A DNA stretch of 64,000 bases from NCBI GenBank assembly GCA_027593235.1, contig JAQCIU010000015.1:8847-72846 (forward strand). The letters are read 5' to 3'. Under the pieces are notes generated by a model, which ran no database searches, was not told the origin of the DNA, and worked only from the letters and a program-made list of their open reading frames with translations. Position 1 is the stretch's first letter. Each line of letters begins with the position of its first letter. This stretch comes from Chloroflexota bacterium. Its GTDB lineage: Bacteria > Chloroflexota > Dehalococcoidia > UBA2979. Made by a program: the position numbers and the translations under genes. Positions 26,050 through 35,537 of this stretch are shown piece by piece.

Positions 26050-28890
26050 CTAGCCCCCGACTGCTCCCAGCAGGGTTTCGAGGTCGTGCTTGGCGTCGAG
26101 GACGTGCGCCCAGAGGTCGCCGTGCTGTTCGACGCGTTCGTGCGCGTTGAGGAGGTGGAACTGGGTGGGGTAGACCTTGTCCAACTCGGTCCAGCGCAGC
26201 GGCATGGAGACGGGACCACCGGGCTTGGCGCGCGGGGAGTAGGCGCAGGCGAGGTTCTTGATGCGGGCGTTCTGGTTCGCGTCGAAGAAGACCTTGCCGC
26301 GGCGCTTCTCCGAGGCCCATTCCATTGTCACTTCTTGCGGGTGACCGGCGAGGATGAAGCCGCCGATCGTGGAGGCGACGCCGCGGATGGTCTCGTAGTC
26401 GTACTGGCGGAGTACGGGGACGTAGATGTGCAGGCCGGTGGCGCCGGAGGTCTTCACGAAGCTGGAGAGGCCGGCGCCGTCCAGCAGCTCCTTGAGCCAG
26501 AGCGCGACCTCGACGGTGGTCTTGAAGGCGCGGCGGTTGAGTTCGGGCTCTTCGCCTTTGCCTTCGTAGCCGGCGTAGATGTACGGATCGAGGTCGAAGA
26601 GGATGAAGTCGGGGTAGTTGAGGACCGAGTCGAGAATGCGCTCCCGGGAGCCGGTGAAGTCGCTACCGAGGTGGTGGCCGTCGGGATCCGGATTCGCTCT
26701 CGCGAGGCTGGTGTGGAGCGCGAGATCGGCGAGCTGGCCGAGCCAGAGCAGGGTGGGAAGGTTGTTGACGACGACGTAGTCCTGGTCGATTTCGCCGGCG
26801 TTCTCTGAGAAGACGGGGACGGTGGGGACGAAGTCGGGCCGAGCCTCGATGTGCTTCTGGTAGAACATCGGGCGGTCGATGCCGTTGGGGTAACGGGTCA
26901 TCGTGAGCGGACGGTCGCGGAGCTGGTTCAGGAGCACCGGCGCCATCCTGGCGTAATAGGCGAGCAGATCGCGCTTGGTGAGCGCGCGCTGGTCGGGCGT
27001 CTCGGGCCACATCACCTTGTCGAGGTTGCTGACCGTCAGGGAGTGCTCGCCGACCTCGAGGGTCATGTCCTTTCTCGGACGATCGAGCTGCTGTTCCACG
27101 GAGGCGATCTGCTGCGCGAGATCGCCCGCGGGGGCGCCGGCGCCGGCGAGCACCTCGGCCGGGGTGCGGACCGCGGTGGTGGGCGGGGACTGATCGAGGT
27201 GGACGTCGCGCGGCGCCTTGTCGTCGCGGAGGCGGAGGAAGACCGGGGCACGGAGGTTGGTCTCCGAGGTGATCTGGGAGAACTCCACTTCGGCGACGAG
27301 TTCCGGGCGCACCCAGGTGGTGACGTCCGCGCGCTCCGGCGCGGTGGCGAACGGCATTTCCTCGATGACCAGCGGCTTGAGGCGCGCAAGGACATCCTTC
27401 AGCAGCGATTCCGTGAAGCCGGAGCCAACGCCGCCGACGGGCTGGAGGTTGCCGTCGTCGTCGTAGTAGCCGAGGGAGAGCGCGCCGAAGGTTGAGGCAC
27501 GTGAGTTCTCACCTCGGGTATAGCCGCCGACGACGAAGTCGGCGGTGGCGCGCGCCTTCACCTTCCGCCAGCGCTGCGAGCGCTTGCCGGCGTCATAAGG
27601 GCTGTCGCGCCGCTTGGCCACGAGGCCCTCGAGACCGAGCGACATGGCGGCGTCGTAGGCGGTGAGGCCATCCACCTCGAAGTGATCGACGAACTGGACG
27701 AAGGGGGTGGGGAGGAGCATCCGGCGGAGGATGCGCCTGCGCTCCTCGAGGGGGACACGGCGGAGATCGACGCCGTCGATGTGGAGGATGTCAAAGACAT
27801 AAAACACGACGGGGGTATCGCGGTCGGCCTGTGCGACCTCGACGGGGTTTTGGAGGTTGAGGCGCTGCTGGAGACGCTCGAAGGAGGGGACGCCGTTGTC
27901 GTCCATGGCGGCGACCTCGCCGTCGAGGAGCAGTGTGTGTGCGGGCTGGTGGGCGAGTGACGCGACCAGGTTGGGGTATTGGGCGGTCATGTCGTTTTCG
28001 CGGCGGGAGCGAAGCGTGACGCGACCATCCTCGATCCAGGCGAGCGCACGGACGCCGTCAATCTTGGGCTCGAAGAGCCATTTCGGGTCGTCGAACGGCT
28101 CTTTGTGGATCACGGCCTGCATCGGGACGAGGGCGTCCGGGAGCTTGCCGGCTTTTGCCCCAGGGAGGTCGAGTGGGACGAGGATCAGCGGCTCAATGTT
28201 GGCGGGCGGGCGACGGCCGGCCTGGAGGTCGGCGATGGTGAGCCAGGAGATGACGCTGGCATCGAGGTCGGTCAGTTCGACGGCGGTGCCTTCGGCCTCG
28301 TCGCGGTGCTTGATCAGGAGCCAGGACTTCTCGGACTGCGTGGTCTTCACCAGCGTCCACGAGCCTTTCATCTTCTCGCCGCGGAGGTGGACCGAGACCT
28401 TGCCGGCGGCGATGTCGGCGTTCATGCGACGGTTGGCCTCGTCGCGGTCGTGGAAGGAGAAGGAGCCGCCTTCGTCGGGGGAGTAGGTGCCGCGGTCCCA
28501 GACGATCACCTCGCCACCGCCGTACTCGCCGGCGGGAATGATGCCTTCGAAGGTGCCGCAGTCGAACGGGTGATCCTCGGTCATCACGGCGAGGCGCTTC
28601 TCACGGCGGTCGGTCGAGGGGCCTTTGGGGACGGGCCAGGACTTGAGGACGCCGTCGACCTCGAGGCGGACGTCGTAGTGGAGGGCGGTGGCGCGGTGCT
28701 TCTGGACGAGGAAGGTGAGCGGCGCGTTGTCGTCGCGGAGGTTGCGGAAGCCCTCGGGCTCCGGCGTGCGACCGAAATCGCGCATCTCCTGGTAGGGGCC
28801 CAATGGGGCGTCGTTGGCCTTCGGGTCTTCGGGCGCGACGCGGCCGCTGGCGTCGTCGTCGGGGGGCTGTTTGCCTGGTTTGCGAGGCAT
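26050..28890 (-). CDS. ligD: NHEJ DNA ligase D (phosphoesterase-ligase-polymerase order)
   Basis: QKHRATALHYDVRLE (PE), EPKIDGVR (ligase Lys), EGLVAK, RYPNG, FDLDP, KTSGATGLH (Pol). Confidence 0.95.
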   Translation of the reverse strand: MPRKPGKQPPDDDASGRVAPEDPKANDAPLGPYQEMRDFGRTPEPEGFRNLRDDNAPLTFLVQKHRATALHYDVRLEVDGVLKSWPVPKGPSTDRREKRLAVMTEDHPFDCGTFEGIIPAGEYGGGEVIVWDRGTYSPDEGGSFSFHDRDEANRRMNADIAAGKVSVHLRGEKMKGSWTLVKTTQSEKSWLLIKHRDEAEGTAVELTDLDASVISWLTIADLQAGRRPPANIEPLILVPLDLPGAKAGKLPDALVPMQAVIHKEPFDDPKWLFEPKIDGVRALAWIEDGRVTLRSRRENDMTAQYPNLVASLAHQPAHTLLLDGEVAAMDDNGVPSFERLQQRLNLQNPVEVAQADRDTPVVFYVFDILHIDGVDLRRVPLEERRRILRRMLLPTPFVQFVDHFEVDGLTAYDAAMSLGLEGLVAKRRDSPYDAGKRSQRWRKVKARATADFVVGGYTRGENSRASTFGALSLGYYDDDGNLQPVGGVGSGFTESLLKDVLARLKPLVIEEMPFATAPERADVTTWVRPELVAEVEFSQITSETNLRAPVFLRLRDDKAPRDVHLDQSPPTTAVRTPAEVLAGAGAPAGDLAQQIASVEQQLDRPRKDMTLEVGEHSLTVSNLDKVMWPETPDQRALTKRDLLAYYARMAPVLLNQLRDRPLTMTRYPNGIDRPMFYQKHIEARPDFVPTVPVFSENAGEIDQDYVVVNNLPTLLWLGQLADLALHTSLARANPDPDGHHLGSDFTGSRERILDSVLNYPDFILFDLDPYIYAGYEGKGEEPELNRRAFKTTVEVALWLKELLDGAGLSSFVKTSGATGLHIYVPVLRQYDYETIRGVASTIGGFILAGHPQEVTMEWASEKRRGKVFFDANQNARIKNLACAYSPRAKPGGPVSMPLRWTELDKVYPTQFHLLNAHERVEQHGDLWAHVLDAKHDLETLLGAVGG

Positions 28891-28928
28891 CGTCGGTTAG
28901 CCGCTCGGGCGTCGCTGCCTAGCGCCGG

Positions 28929-29807
28929 CTAGGACTTCGCGGCGGCCTTCTTGCGGGTGCGCTTCGCCTTTGGCTCCTCCGCGGTGCTGTCTCCATCCTC
29001 GGAAGCGCCGTTTGCGGATGGGGCCTCGGCCTTGCGGGCCTTGGCGGCGTCCACGCTGGCCTTGAGCGCGGCCATGAGGTAGACGGAGGCGGCGGCGGGC
29101 GCGTCCTGCTCGGTGGTGACGATTTCGCCGCCCTCAAGCTTGGCGCTGATCATCGCGATCAGCTTTTCGCGGTAGGCGTCCTTGTACTCGGACGGGTCGA
29201 AGGGCTTGCGGAGCATGTCGATGAGCGCAGCGGCCATCTGCATTTCCTGGTCGGTGAGCTGGATGCCCTCGACGTCCACGGAGCCATCGGGTTCGCGGAT
29301 CTCGTCCGGGTAGTAGAGGGTCTCGAGCAGGATGATGCCGTCGTGCGGACGGAGCACGCAGAGGTGCTCTTTCTGGCGCAGCGCGACCTTGCCGAGGGCG
29401 AGCAGGCCTTTCTCCTCGAGTGAGCGCAGGAGGAGGGCGAAGGGCTTCTGGCCGGCCTCGTCGGGCTCCAGGTAGTAGGAGCGCTCGTAGTGGATCGGAT
29501 CGATCTCCTCGTTCGCGACGAACGCGGTGAGGTCGATGGTGTGCTTGGAGGGGACGGGGAGCTTGTCGAAGTCCTCGTCGTCGACGATGACGTACTGGCC
29601 CTTGGCGTACTCGTAGCCCTTGATCAGCTCGTCGTAGGCGACCTCGCGGTCGAGTTCGGGGCTCCAGCGGAGCTGCTTCACCGGGGTGTGGGTTTCTTCG
29701 TGGAGCTGGCGGAAGCTGATGTCCTTGCTCTCTGTTGCCGTGAAGAGGCGGACGGGGATGGAGACCATGCCGAAGCTGATCACGCCGCGCCAGATTGCTC
29801 GCGCCAT
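28929..29807 (-). CDS. ku: NHEJ Ku protein
   Basis: MARAIWRGVISFGMVSIPV, KGYEY, YYLEP, LMAALKASV, basic tail. Confidence 0.96.
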   Translation of the reverse strand: MARAIWRGVISFGMVSIPVRLFTATESKDISFRQLHEETHTPVKQLRWSPELDREVAYDELIKGYEYAKGQYVIVDDEDFDKLPVPSKHTIDLTAFVANEEIDPIHYERSYYLEPDEAGQKPFALLLRSLEEKGLLALGKVALRQKEHLCVLRPHDGIILLETLYYPDEIREPDGSVDVEGIQLTDQEMQMAAALIDMLRKPFDPSEYKDAYREKLIAMISAKLEGGEIVTTEQDAPAAASVYLMAALKASVDAAKARKAEAPSANGASEDGDSTAEEPKAKRTRKKAAAKS

Positions 29808-30244
29808 GAGGGGAGACCTTTCGTGCCGCCGGCGGGGTTAGTAGCGGCGGGGTTTGAGTACATGCAGAGGCTGAAACTCGGTGGATCGGGGAAGGGAAGG
29901 AGGGTGCTCCGGGCGTCGGCGGTTGCTCCGTGATGGGGGCTGCGCGGGACGTTGGCCGGAGAACGGACACGAGCTTCGCTCGCGACGTGATTTCTTTGCG
30001 TCCCACCCACCCACCCCGTATGCCTGTGGGGCTCCGCCCCACATCCCCGCTCTTCTGGCGCTTCGCTCCACGGGAGGCGACGCCCGCGTCATCTCCTTCT
30101 CCCCGCCCGTCCCCGGGACCAGCTGTGGGAGGGCAGCGGAGTGCCCGGTGGAAGTGGAGCTCGCAGCCGATGCGGGTGTGGCGCGCTGTGTAGACGGTCG
30201 ACGAGTGTGACGCGGGGCGCGAGGTCCACATGTTCGGAGAGGGG

Positions 30245-30559
30245 CTAGGGGGCCTGGATTGCTCCGAAGAGTGCCTCGGCCTCGGCGATGGCGCGTTCGG
30301 CGACATCGCGGGCCTCAGCGCGGCTGAGGAGCATCGGGGCGAGCGATTCGACGGCGTCGGCCAACTCCGGGTCGGTGCCGCGCAGCATGCGGTGGGCTTC
30401 GCCGGGGCTGCGGCCGTCGATCCAGAAGGGGCGCAACGCTTCCATCACGAGGGCGTTGCCGAGGAGCTGGATGCGCTCCTCGCTACTCAACGAGGTCTCA
30501 TCGAGGAGAGTCGCCATCGCCTCACCGACGGTGGCGAGATCCGCGGTCGCGAGGTCCAT
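30245..30559 (-). CDS. Hypothetical helical protein upstream of ku
   Basis: 104-aa ORF from ATG 30559 with natural composition; no SD visible. Confidence 0.6.
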   Translation of the reverse strand: MDLATADLATVGEAMATLLDETSLSSEERIQLLGNALVMEALRPFWIDGRSPGEAHRMLRGTDPELADAVESLAPMLLSRAEARDVAERAIAEAEALFGAIQAP

Positions 30560-30792
30560 GGCCAGCAGCCGCCGGCGCGGTGATCGCTCACCGGAGGGAA
30601 GGGCGTGGCGCGCGTTCATCTGGTGCGTCCCTGCTGCTCCCATGCTGGGAGCGCCAATCCCGCCAACGTGAGCGATCACGTGCGCAGTTCTAATGTTCTG
30701 CACAGGTCGCGATCCGCGAAAGCATACAGGGCGTTTTCCGTCTTGTGCAACGGGCGGGAGGAGGGGAGCGGGTGCGTTTGGAGAGAGGGTGG

Positions 30793-31302
30793 CTAGTCCT
30801 GCTCGAGGACGCGTTCCCGCGTCTCGCGCGCGAGCGGAGTGTCGAATCCCTCGTCGTCGCTGTCGAGGAGCAGTTCGACCTGGGTACGAAGCCAGGCGAG
30901 GTTGGACGCGGCCTGGGCGTAGTCCGGACGGAGCCGGAGCGCGACGCGGAACTCCTCTTCGGCCTCGGGCAGCCGATCGAGCTTCACGAGCGCGCGCCCT
31001 CGATTGTTGTGCGCTTCCGCGAGATCGGGGCTGAGGCGGAGCACCACGTTGAACGCCTTAGCGGCTTCCGAGGCGAGCTCCTGGACGTGCTCGGCGTGGG
31101 TGAGGGGATCGGGGTTGCGCCGTCCGAAGTCGGCGGCGGCAAGGAGCGCGATACCGAACTCGTGCTGAGCCTCGGGCCATTCGGGGCGGTAGGTCACCGC
31201 ATCGTGGAGATCGCGGATCGCGCCGGCGAAGTCGCCGCGCGAGAGCGCGGCGCGGCCCGCGGCGTAGCGTTTGCGAGCGCGGCGGCCATCGAGGAATGCC
31301 AT
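30793..31302 (-). CDS. Tetratricopeptide repeat protein
   Basis: PDLAEAHNNRGRAL...EA...FR.AL.L.PDY..A..NL TPR pattern. Confidence 0.85.
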   Translation of the reverse strand: MAFLDGRRARKRYAAGRAALSRGDFAGAIRDLHDAVTYRPEWPEAQHEFGIALLAAADFGRRNPDPLTHAEHVQELASEAAKAFNVVLRLSPDLAEAHNNRGRALVKLDRLPEAEEEFRVALRLRPDYAQAASNLAWLRTQVELLLDSDDEGFDTPLARETRERVLEQD

Positions 31303-31308
31303 CGCCGC

Positions 31309-31572
31309 CTACCCGCCGCCGAGCGCGGGGACGAGATGGACCTCGGCGTCGTCGGGCACCTGCTCCAGCAGGCCGTTGTCGGTCATTTCGCTGTTGATGG
31401 CGATTGAGATATCGGGGCGGACGCGATCTTCGAGCATCAGTACGTCGCGGAGTGTCGGATACGCCTTGAGCAGTGCGTCCACGACGCGGCCGAGCTGACC
31501 ACCGGGCACCTCAACGGTGGCCGCGCCCTCGGTGGCGTCGCGCATGTGTCGGGGGATGTGGATGGTCGCCAT
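31309..31572 (-). CDS. MoaD/ThiS-family sulfur carrier
   Basis: 87 aa, ends VPALGGG. Confidence 0.88.
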   Translation of the reverse strand: MATIHIPRHMRDATEGAATVEVPGGQLGRVVDALLKAYPTLRDVLMLEDRVRPDISIAINSEMTDNGLLEQVPDDAEVHLVPALGGG

Positions 31573-31679
31573 GGCTCCAGTTTAGTCGCTACCGAGGGGT
31601 GACCGGGTTCGCGACCGTGCGCAATTCGGCGCGGCGTCGCGGGCGTCGGTGGCGGCGAGCCTCGCCGGTGGGGCAAACA

Positions 31680-31706
31680 GAACGGGCGCCCAGCGGGCGC
31701 CCGTTC
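31680..31706 (-). terminator. Terminator of Mo-hydroxylase operon
   Basis: GAACGGGCGCCC-AGC-GGGCGCCCGTTC; on the - strand followed by TGTTT. Confidence 0.7.
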
Positions 31707-31729
31707 GTGGATTCAATGGCTAGCGGTTG

Positions 31730-34048
31730 CTAGTCGACGCCGGACTCGTTCAGCAGCTCTTCCAGGATGACGCGTGGCGACATCGGGGCCTGGTAGAAGC
31801 GGATGCCGATCGCGTCGTAGATCGCCTGCTGGATCGTGGGCATGGGCGGGACGATCGGCACCTCGCCGACGCCGCGCACGCCGTAGGGGTGACCGGGGTT
31901 GGGCACCTCGACGATTTCGACGTCGATCATCGGGATGTCGAGCGTCGTCGGCATGCGGTAGTCGAGGAAGCTCGCGTTCCGGAGATGTCCGTCGTCGTCG
32001 TAGAAGTACTCCTCGGTGAGCGCCATGCCGATGCCCTGGACGGCGCCACCCTGGATCTGCCCCTCGACGTAGGCGGGGTGGATCGCGGTGCCGACGTCCT
32101 GGATGGCGGTGTAGCGAAGGATTTCGACCTTGCCGGTGTCACGGTCGACGTGGACGTCGACGATGTGACCGCCGTACGCGGCGCCCTGCGAGTTCTTGTT
32201 GAGGCTAATCGTGGAGGAGATCTGGCCCCCGGTGGAGCCCATCTTCGCCGCGAGTTCCGCGAAGGTGAATTCGCGATCGTTGCTTTCCGCGTCCGGCGGA
32301 GCCGAGATCACGGCATCAGCGCTGAACTCGACGTCCTCGAGGTCGACCTGCCAGATCTGGGCCGCTCGTTCGCGCATCTTCTCCTTGAGGGAGAGGCCCA
32401 ATTCGTAGGCGACCCAGCCGCCGGCGAAGGTGGTGCGGCTCCCGCCGGTGACGTGGGTGAACGGCACGGAGTCCGTGTCGGCGACGTGAGGCTTGATGCG
32501 CTCGTAGGGCAGACCCATGGTCTCGGCGAGCTGCATGGCGAGCGAAGCGCGGGTGCCACCGATGTCGACGGAGCCGACGATGAGGCTGACGCTGCCGTCG
32601 CTGTTGATGGTCGCGGTCGACCCAGACTCCAGACCAGCGTTGAACCAGAAGCCGAAGCCGACGCCACGGCCGACGTCTTCGCCCTGGAGCTCCGAGGTGT
32701 AGTGCGGGTGGTTCTTGACCGCGTCCATCACCTCGCTGGCGCCGATGCGGGGCATCGGTACGCCAGCGGCGGAGGGGTTGCCCTCCTTGATGGCGTTCTT
32801 GAGGCGCAGGTCGACCGGATCCATCTCCAGGCGATCTGCCAACTCGTTGATCGTCGCTTCCGCGGCGAACTCCGAGGCCGGGGCGCCGGGGGCGCGGTAG
32901 GCGGCGCTCTTCGGACCGTTCGTGACCACGTCGTAGCCATCGATTTTCTGGTTCTCGATGTAGTACGGGCCGAAGGTGCACTGGACGCCGGCGCCGACGG
33001 GGGAGCCTGGGTAGGCGCCCGCCGCGTAGGCGAGGTAAGCCTCCGCGGCGACGATGGTGCCGTCACGCATCGCGCCGAGCTTGATGCGGTTGTAGGTCGC
33101 GGAGGTCGGGCCGGTCGCAAGGAAGACCGCTTCGCGGGTCATCGTGATCCGGACCGGGTCGCCGGTCTTCTTCGAGAGGAGCGCGGCGAGCGGCTCGAGG
33201 TAGATCGGAATCTTGCCACCGAAGCCGCCGCCGATCTCCAGCGGGACCAGCGTGATGTCGGCGATCGGAACGGCGAGCAGCTTGGCGACGGCGTCGCGGA
33301 CGACGAACGGGCCCTGGCTGCTGTTCCAGATGGTGAGCTTGCCGTCGCGGTTCCAGAACGCGGTCGCGCTGTGGGGCTCGATGTAGCCCTGGTGGAACCA
33401 GCTCGTCTCGAACTCGCGCTCGATCACGATGTCGGCGCTATCGAAGGCGGCGTTGACGTCGCCGCGCTCGAGGCGCATGTGAACGGCGATGTTGGTCTCG
33501 CGGTCGGTTGGGGTGTCCGCACCGGCGGCACGGACACTGGTGCGGAGATCCGTATGGAGGATCGGCGCGTCGTCGAGCATCGCCTCACGGACGTCGGTGA
33601 CCGGGGTGAGGACTTCGTAGTCGACCTCGATCAGGCCGAGCGCGTCGTCGGCGATGTGCGGGTCGGTCGCGGCAAGGGCGGCGACGGCGTGCCCGTGGTA
33701 GAGCGCCTTATCGGAGGCGAGGACGTTGTCCTGGAGCCACTTGGCGTCCGCGCTGGTCTCGCCCATGTCCATGATGCCGTCGTGGATCTTGGGGAGGTCC
33801 GCCGCGGTGATGACGGCTTTCACGCCCGGGAGCGCGAGCGCCTTGGAGGCGTCGATGCTGCGGATGCGCGCGTGGGCGTGGGGGCTGCGGAGGACGGCGC
33901 CGTAGAGGAGCCCCTCCATCTTGGTGTCCGCGGCGTAGGCCGCGCGACCGGTGACCTTGTCGGTGCCGTCCGGTCGAATCGGGCGGGTGCCGATGACGCG
34001 ATAGCCCTTGGTTCCGCCGGCGGCGGTTTCTTTCTCGGTGGTGACCAC
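31730..34048 (-). CDS. Xanthine dehydrogenase family molybdopterin-binding large subunit
   Basis: KVTGRA.Y, RSPHAHA, GGGFGGK, AYRAPG, EGQIQGG, GVGE; lacks the CODH AYRCSFR/AYRGAGR motifs. Confidence 0.92.
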   Translation of the reverse strand: MVTTEKETAAGGTKGYRVIGTRPIRPDGTDKVTGRAAYAADTKMEGLLYGAVLRSPHAHARIRSIDASKALALPGVKAVITAADLPKIHDGIMDMGETSADAKWLQDNVLASDKALYHGHAVAALAATDPHIADDALGLIEVDYEVLTPVTDVREAMLDDAPILHTDLRTSVRAAGADTPTDRETNIAVHMRLERGDVNAAFDSADIVIEREFETSWFHQGYIEPHSATAFWNRDGKLTIWNSSQGPFVVRDAVAKLLAVPIADITLVPLEIGGGFGGKIPIYLEPLAALLSKKTGDPVRITMTREAVFLATGPTSATYNRIKLGAMRDGTIVAAEAYLAYAAGAYPGSPVGAGVQCTFGPYYIENQKIDGYDVVTNGPKSAAYRAPGAPASEFAAEATINELADRLEMDPVDLRLKNAIKEGNPSAAGVPMPRIGASEVMDAVKNHPHYTSELQGEDVGRGVGFGFWFNAGLESGSTATINSDGSVSLIVGSVDIGGTRASLAMQLAETMGLPYERIKPHVADTDSVPFTHVTGGSRTTFAGGWVAYELGLSLKEKMRERAAQIWQVDLEDVEFSADAVISAPPDAESNDREFTFAELAAKMGSTGGQISSTISLNKNSQGAAYGGHIVDVHVDRDTGKVEILRYTAIQDVGTAIHPAYVEGQIQGGAVQGIGMALTEEYFYDDDGHLRNASFLDYRMPTTLDIPMIDVEIVEVPNPGHPYGVRGVGEVPIVPPMPTIQQAIYDAIGIRFYQAPMSPRVILEELLNESGVD

Positions 34049-34092
34049 GAGGTTGTGCCCTTCGCTAGGTCGAATGTGTGCGGGGCCGGGGG

Positions 34093-34569
34093 CTACTGAG
34101 CGTTGATGCGCTCGGCAGCGTCCTGGACCGCGTGAATGATCTTGTCATAGCCGGTGCAGCGGCAGAGGTTGCCCGCCAGCCACCAGCGAATTTCGTGCTC
34201 GGTCGGGTTCGGGTTCACGTCCAGCAGGGCCTTGGAGGCCATGAGGAACCCCGGGGTGCAGATACCGCACTGGAGCGCGGCATCCTCCAGGAATGTCTGC
34301 TGGAGCGGGTGCAATTCATCGGGGCTGGCGAGGCCCTCGACGGTCGTGACCTGTGCGCCTTCGACCTCGGCGGCCATGACGCAGCAGGAGTTCACCAGGC
34401 GGCCGTCCAGGATGACGGAACAGGCGCCACAGTTGCCGTTGTTGCAGCCTTCCTTGACGCCCATCAGGCCCGCGCGTTCGCGGAGGGCGTCCAGCAGGCT
34501 GTCTCGCTCGTCGGCCAGGAACTCGCGCTCCTCGCCGTTGATGGTGGTCTTCAACACGATTCGTGACAT
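34093..34569 (-). CDS. 2Fe-2S small subunit (CoxS/XdhC-like)
   Basis: KEGCNNGNCGAC, QCGICTPG, GNLCRCTGY. Confidence 0.95.
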   Translation of the reverse strand: MSRIVLKTTINGEEREFLADERDSLLDALRERAGLMGVKEGCNNGNCGACSVILDGRLVNSCCVMAAEVEGAQVTTVEGLASPDELHPLQQTFLEDAALQCGICTPGFLMASKALLDVNPNPTEHEIRWWLAGNLCRCTGYDKIIHAVQDAAERINAQ

Positions 34570-34670
34570 CGCTTGCCTCGATTCAGATCAGAGGCTCCGC
34601 GGGGAGCCGAGGATTCAGGTCTGAGACTCCGGGAGTCTCGCCGTTGCGGGTTTCGATTCCGTTTCGGCTG

Positions 34671-35537
34671 CTAGCCGCGAGCGCGTTCGAGCGCCGTGTC
34701 CAGCGTTCGCTGGGTGAGCACACGCGCGAGGTGCTTGCGCTGGCGGATCGAGCCACGCATGTCGTCGATCGGCATTGCCGCCTCGTGCGACGCTGCGGCT
34801 GCGGCGGCGATGGTCTCGTCCGTGATCGGACGTCCGATCAACGCCTCGGCGGCGCCGGGCACCATGATCGGCGTGGCCGCGACCGCACCGAGCGCGACGC
34901 GGGCGTCCGTCACGACGTCGCCGTCGAGCTGGATCCACGCTCCGCAGTTGACGACCGCGATGTCCATCTCATTCCGCGGGATGAAGCGCTGCCATGCAGC
35001 GCCGCTCCCCGCGGTGGGGGCAGCGAAGTTGATGCGGGTGACGATCTCGCCGAGTTCGAGGACGTTGCGTCCCGGTCCGGTGAAGAACTCCGCGACGGGC
35101 ACGTCACGCTCGCCGTTTGGCCCCGCGATGTGGGCGACCGCGCCCAGCGCCATCATCGAGGTCAGCGAGTCGCCGGCGGGCGAGGAGTTGCAGAGGTTGC
35201 CACCGAGGCTGGCGCGTCCCTGGATGGCGGTACCGCCGATAACGGTGATCGCCGAGACGAGTGCCGGGTAGTGATTCTTCACCGCGTCGTCGTTGTAGAG
35301 GCGGTAGAGTTCCGCCGCCGCACCGACGGAGAGGCCGTCGGTCGCGCTGTAGCTGAAGGTCATCAGCTCGGGGATGTGCTTGATATCGACGAAGCGCTCA
35401 ACCCGTCGCGCGCGTTCGCGCGCCTGGACGATGATGTCCGTGCCGCCAGCAAGTACGCGGGCGAACTCTCCGCCTTCGCGGAGCAAATCGATGGCCTCTT
35501 TTACCGTAGAGGCACGTTGGTAGGTGACTGCCTGCAC
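34671..35537 (-). CDS. FAD-binding medium subunit (CoxM/XdhB-like)
   Basis: LAGGTD, ASLGGNLCNSSPAGD, PIDDMRGS. Confidence 0.93.
   Translation of the reverse strand: MQAVTYQRASTVKEAIDLLREGGEFARVLAGGTDIIVQARERARRVERFVDIKHIPELMTFSYSATDGLSVGAAAELYRLYNDDAVKNHYPALVSAITVIGGTAIQGRASLGGNLCNSSPAGDSLTSMMALGAVAHIAGPNGERDVPVAEFFTGPGRNVLELGEIVTRINFAAPTAGSGAAWQRFIPRNEMDIAVVNCGAWIQLDGDVVTDARVALGAVAATPIMVPGAAEALIGRPITDETIAAAAAASHEAAMPIDDMRGSIRQRKHLARVLTQRTLDTALERARG

Noticed and set aside
25588-31600. Identical 13-mer GCTACCGAGGGGT upstream of two genes (25588-25600 on -, 31588-31600 on +)
   Set aside because: Opposite orientation relative to the genes, and one 13-mer match is plausible by chance in GC-rich DNA
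31730-34048. Aerobic CO dehydrogenase (coxL)
   Set aside because: Active-site motif is AYRAPG, not AYRCSFR or AYRGAGR
31727-34099. 790-aa + strand ORF and many similar long antisense ORFs
   Set aside because: Shadow frames of real genes, expected in high-GC DNA
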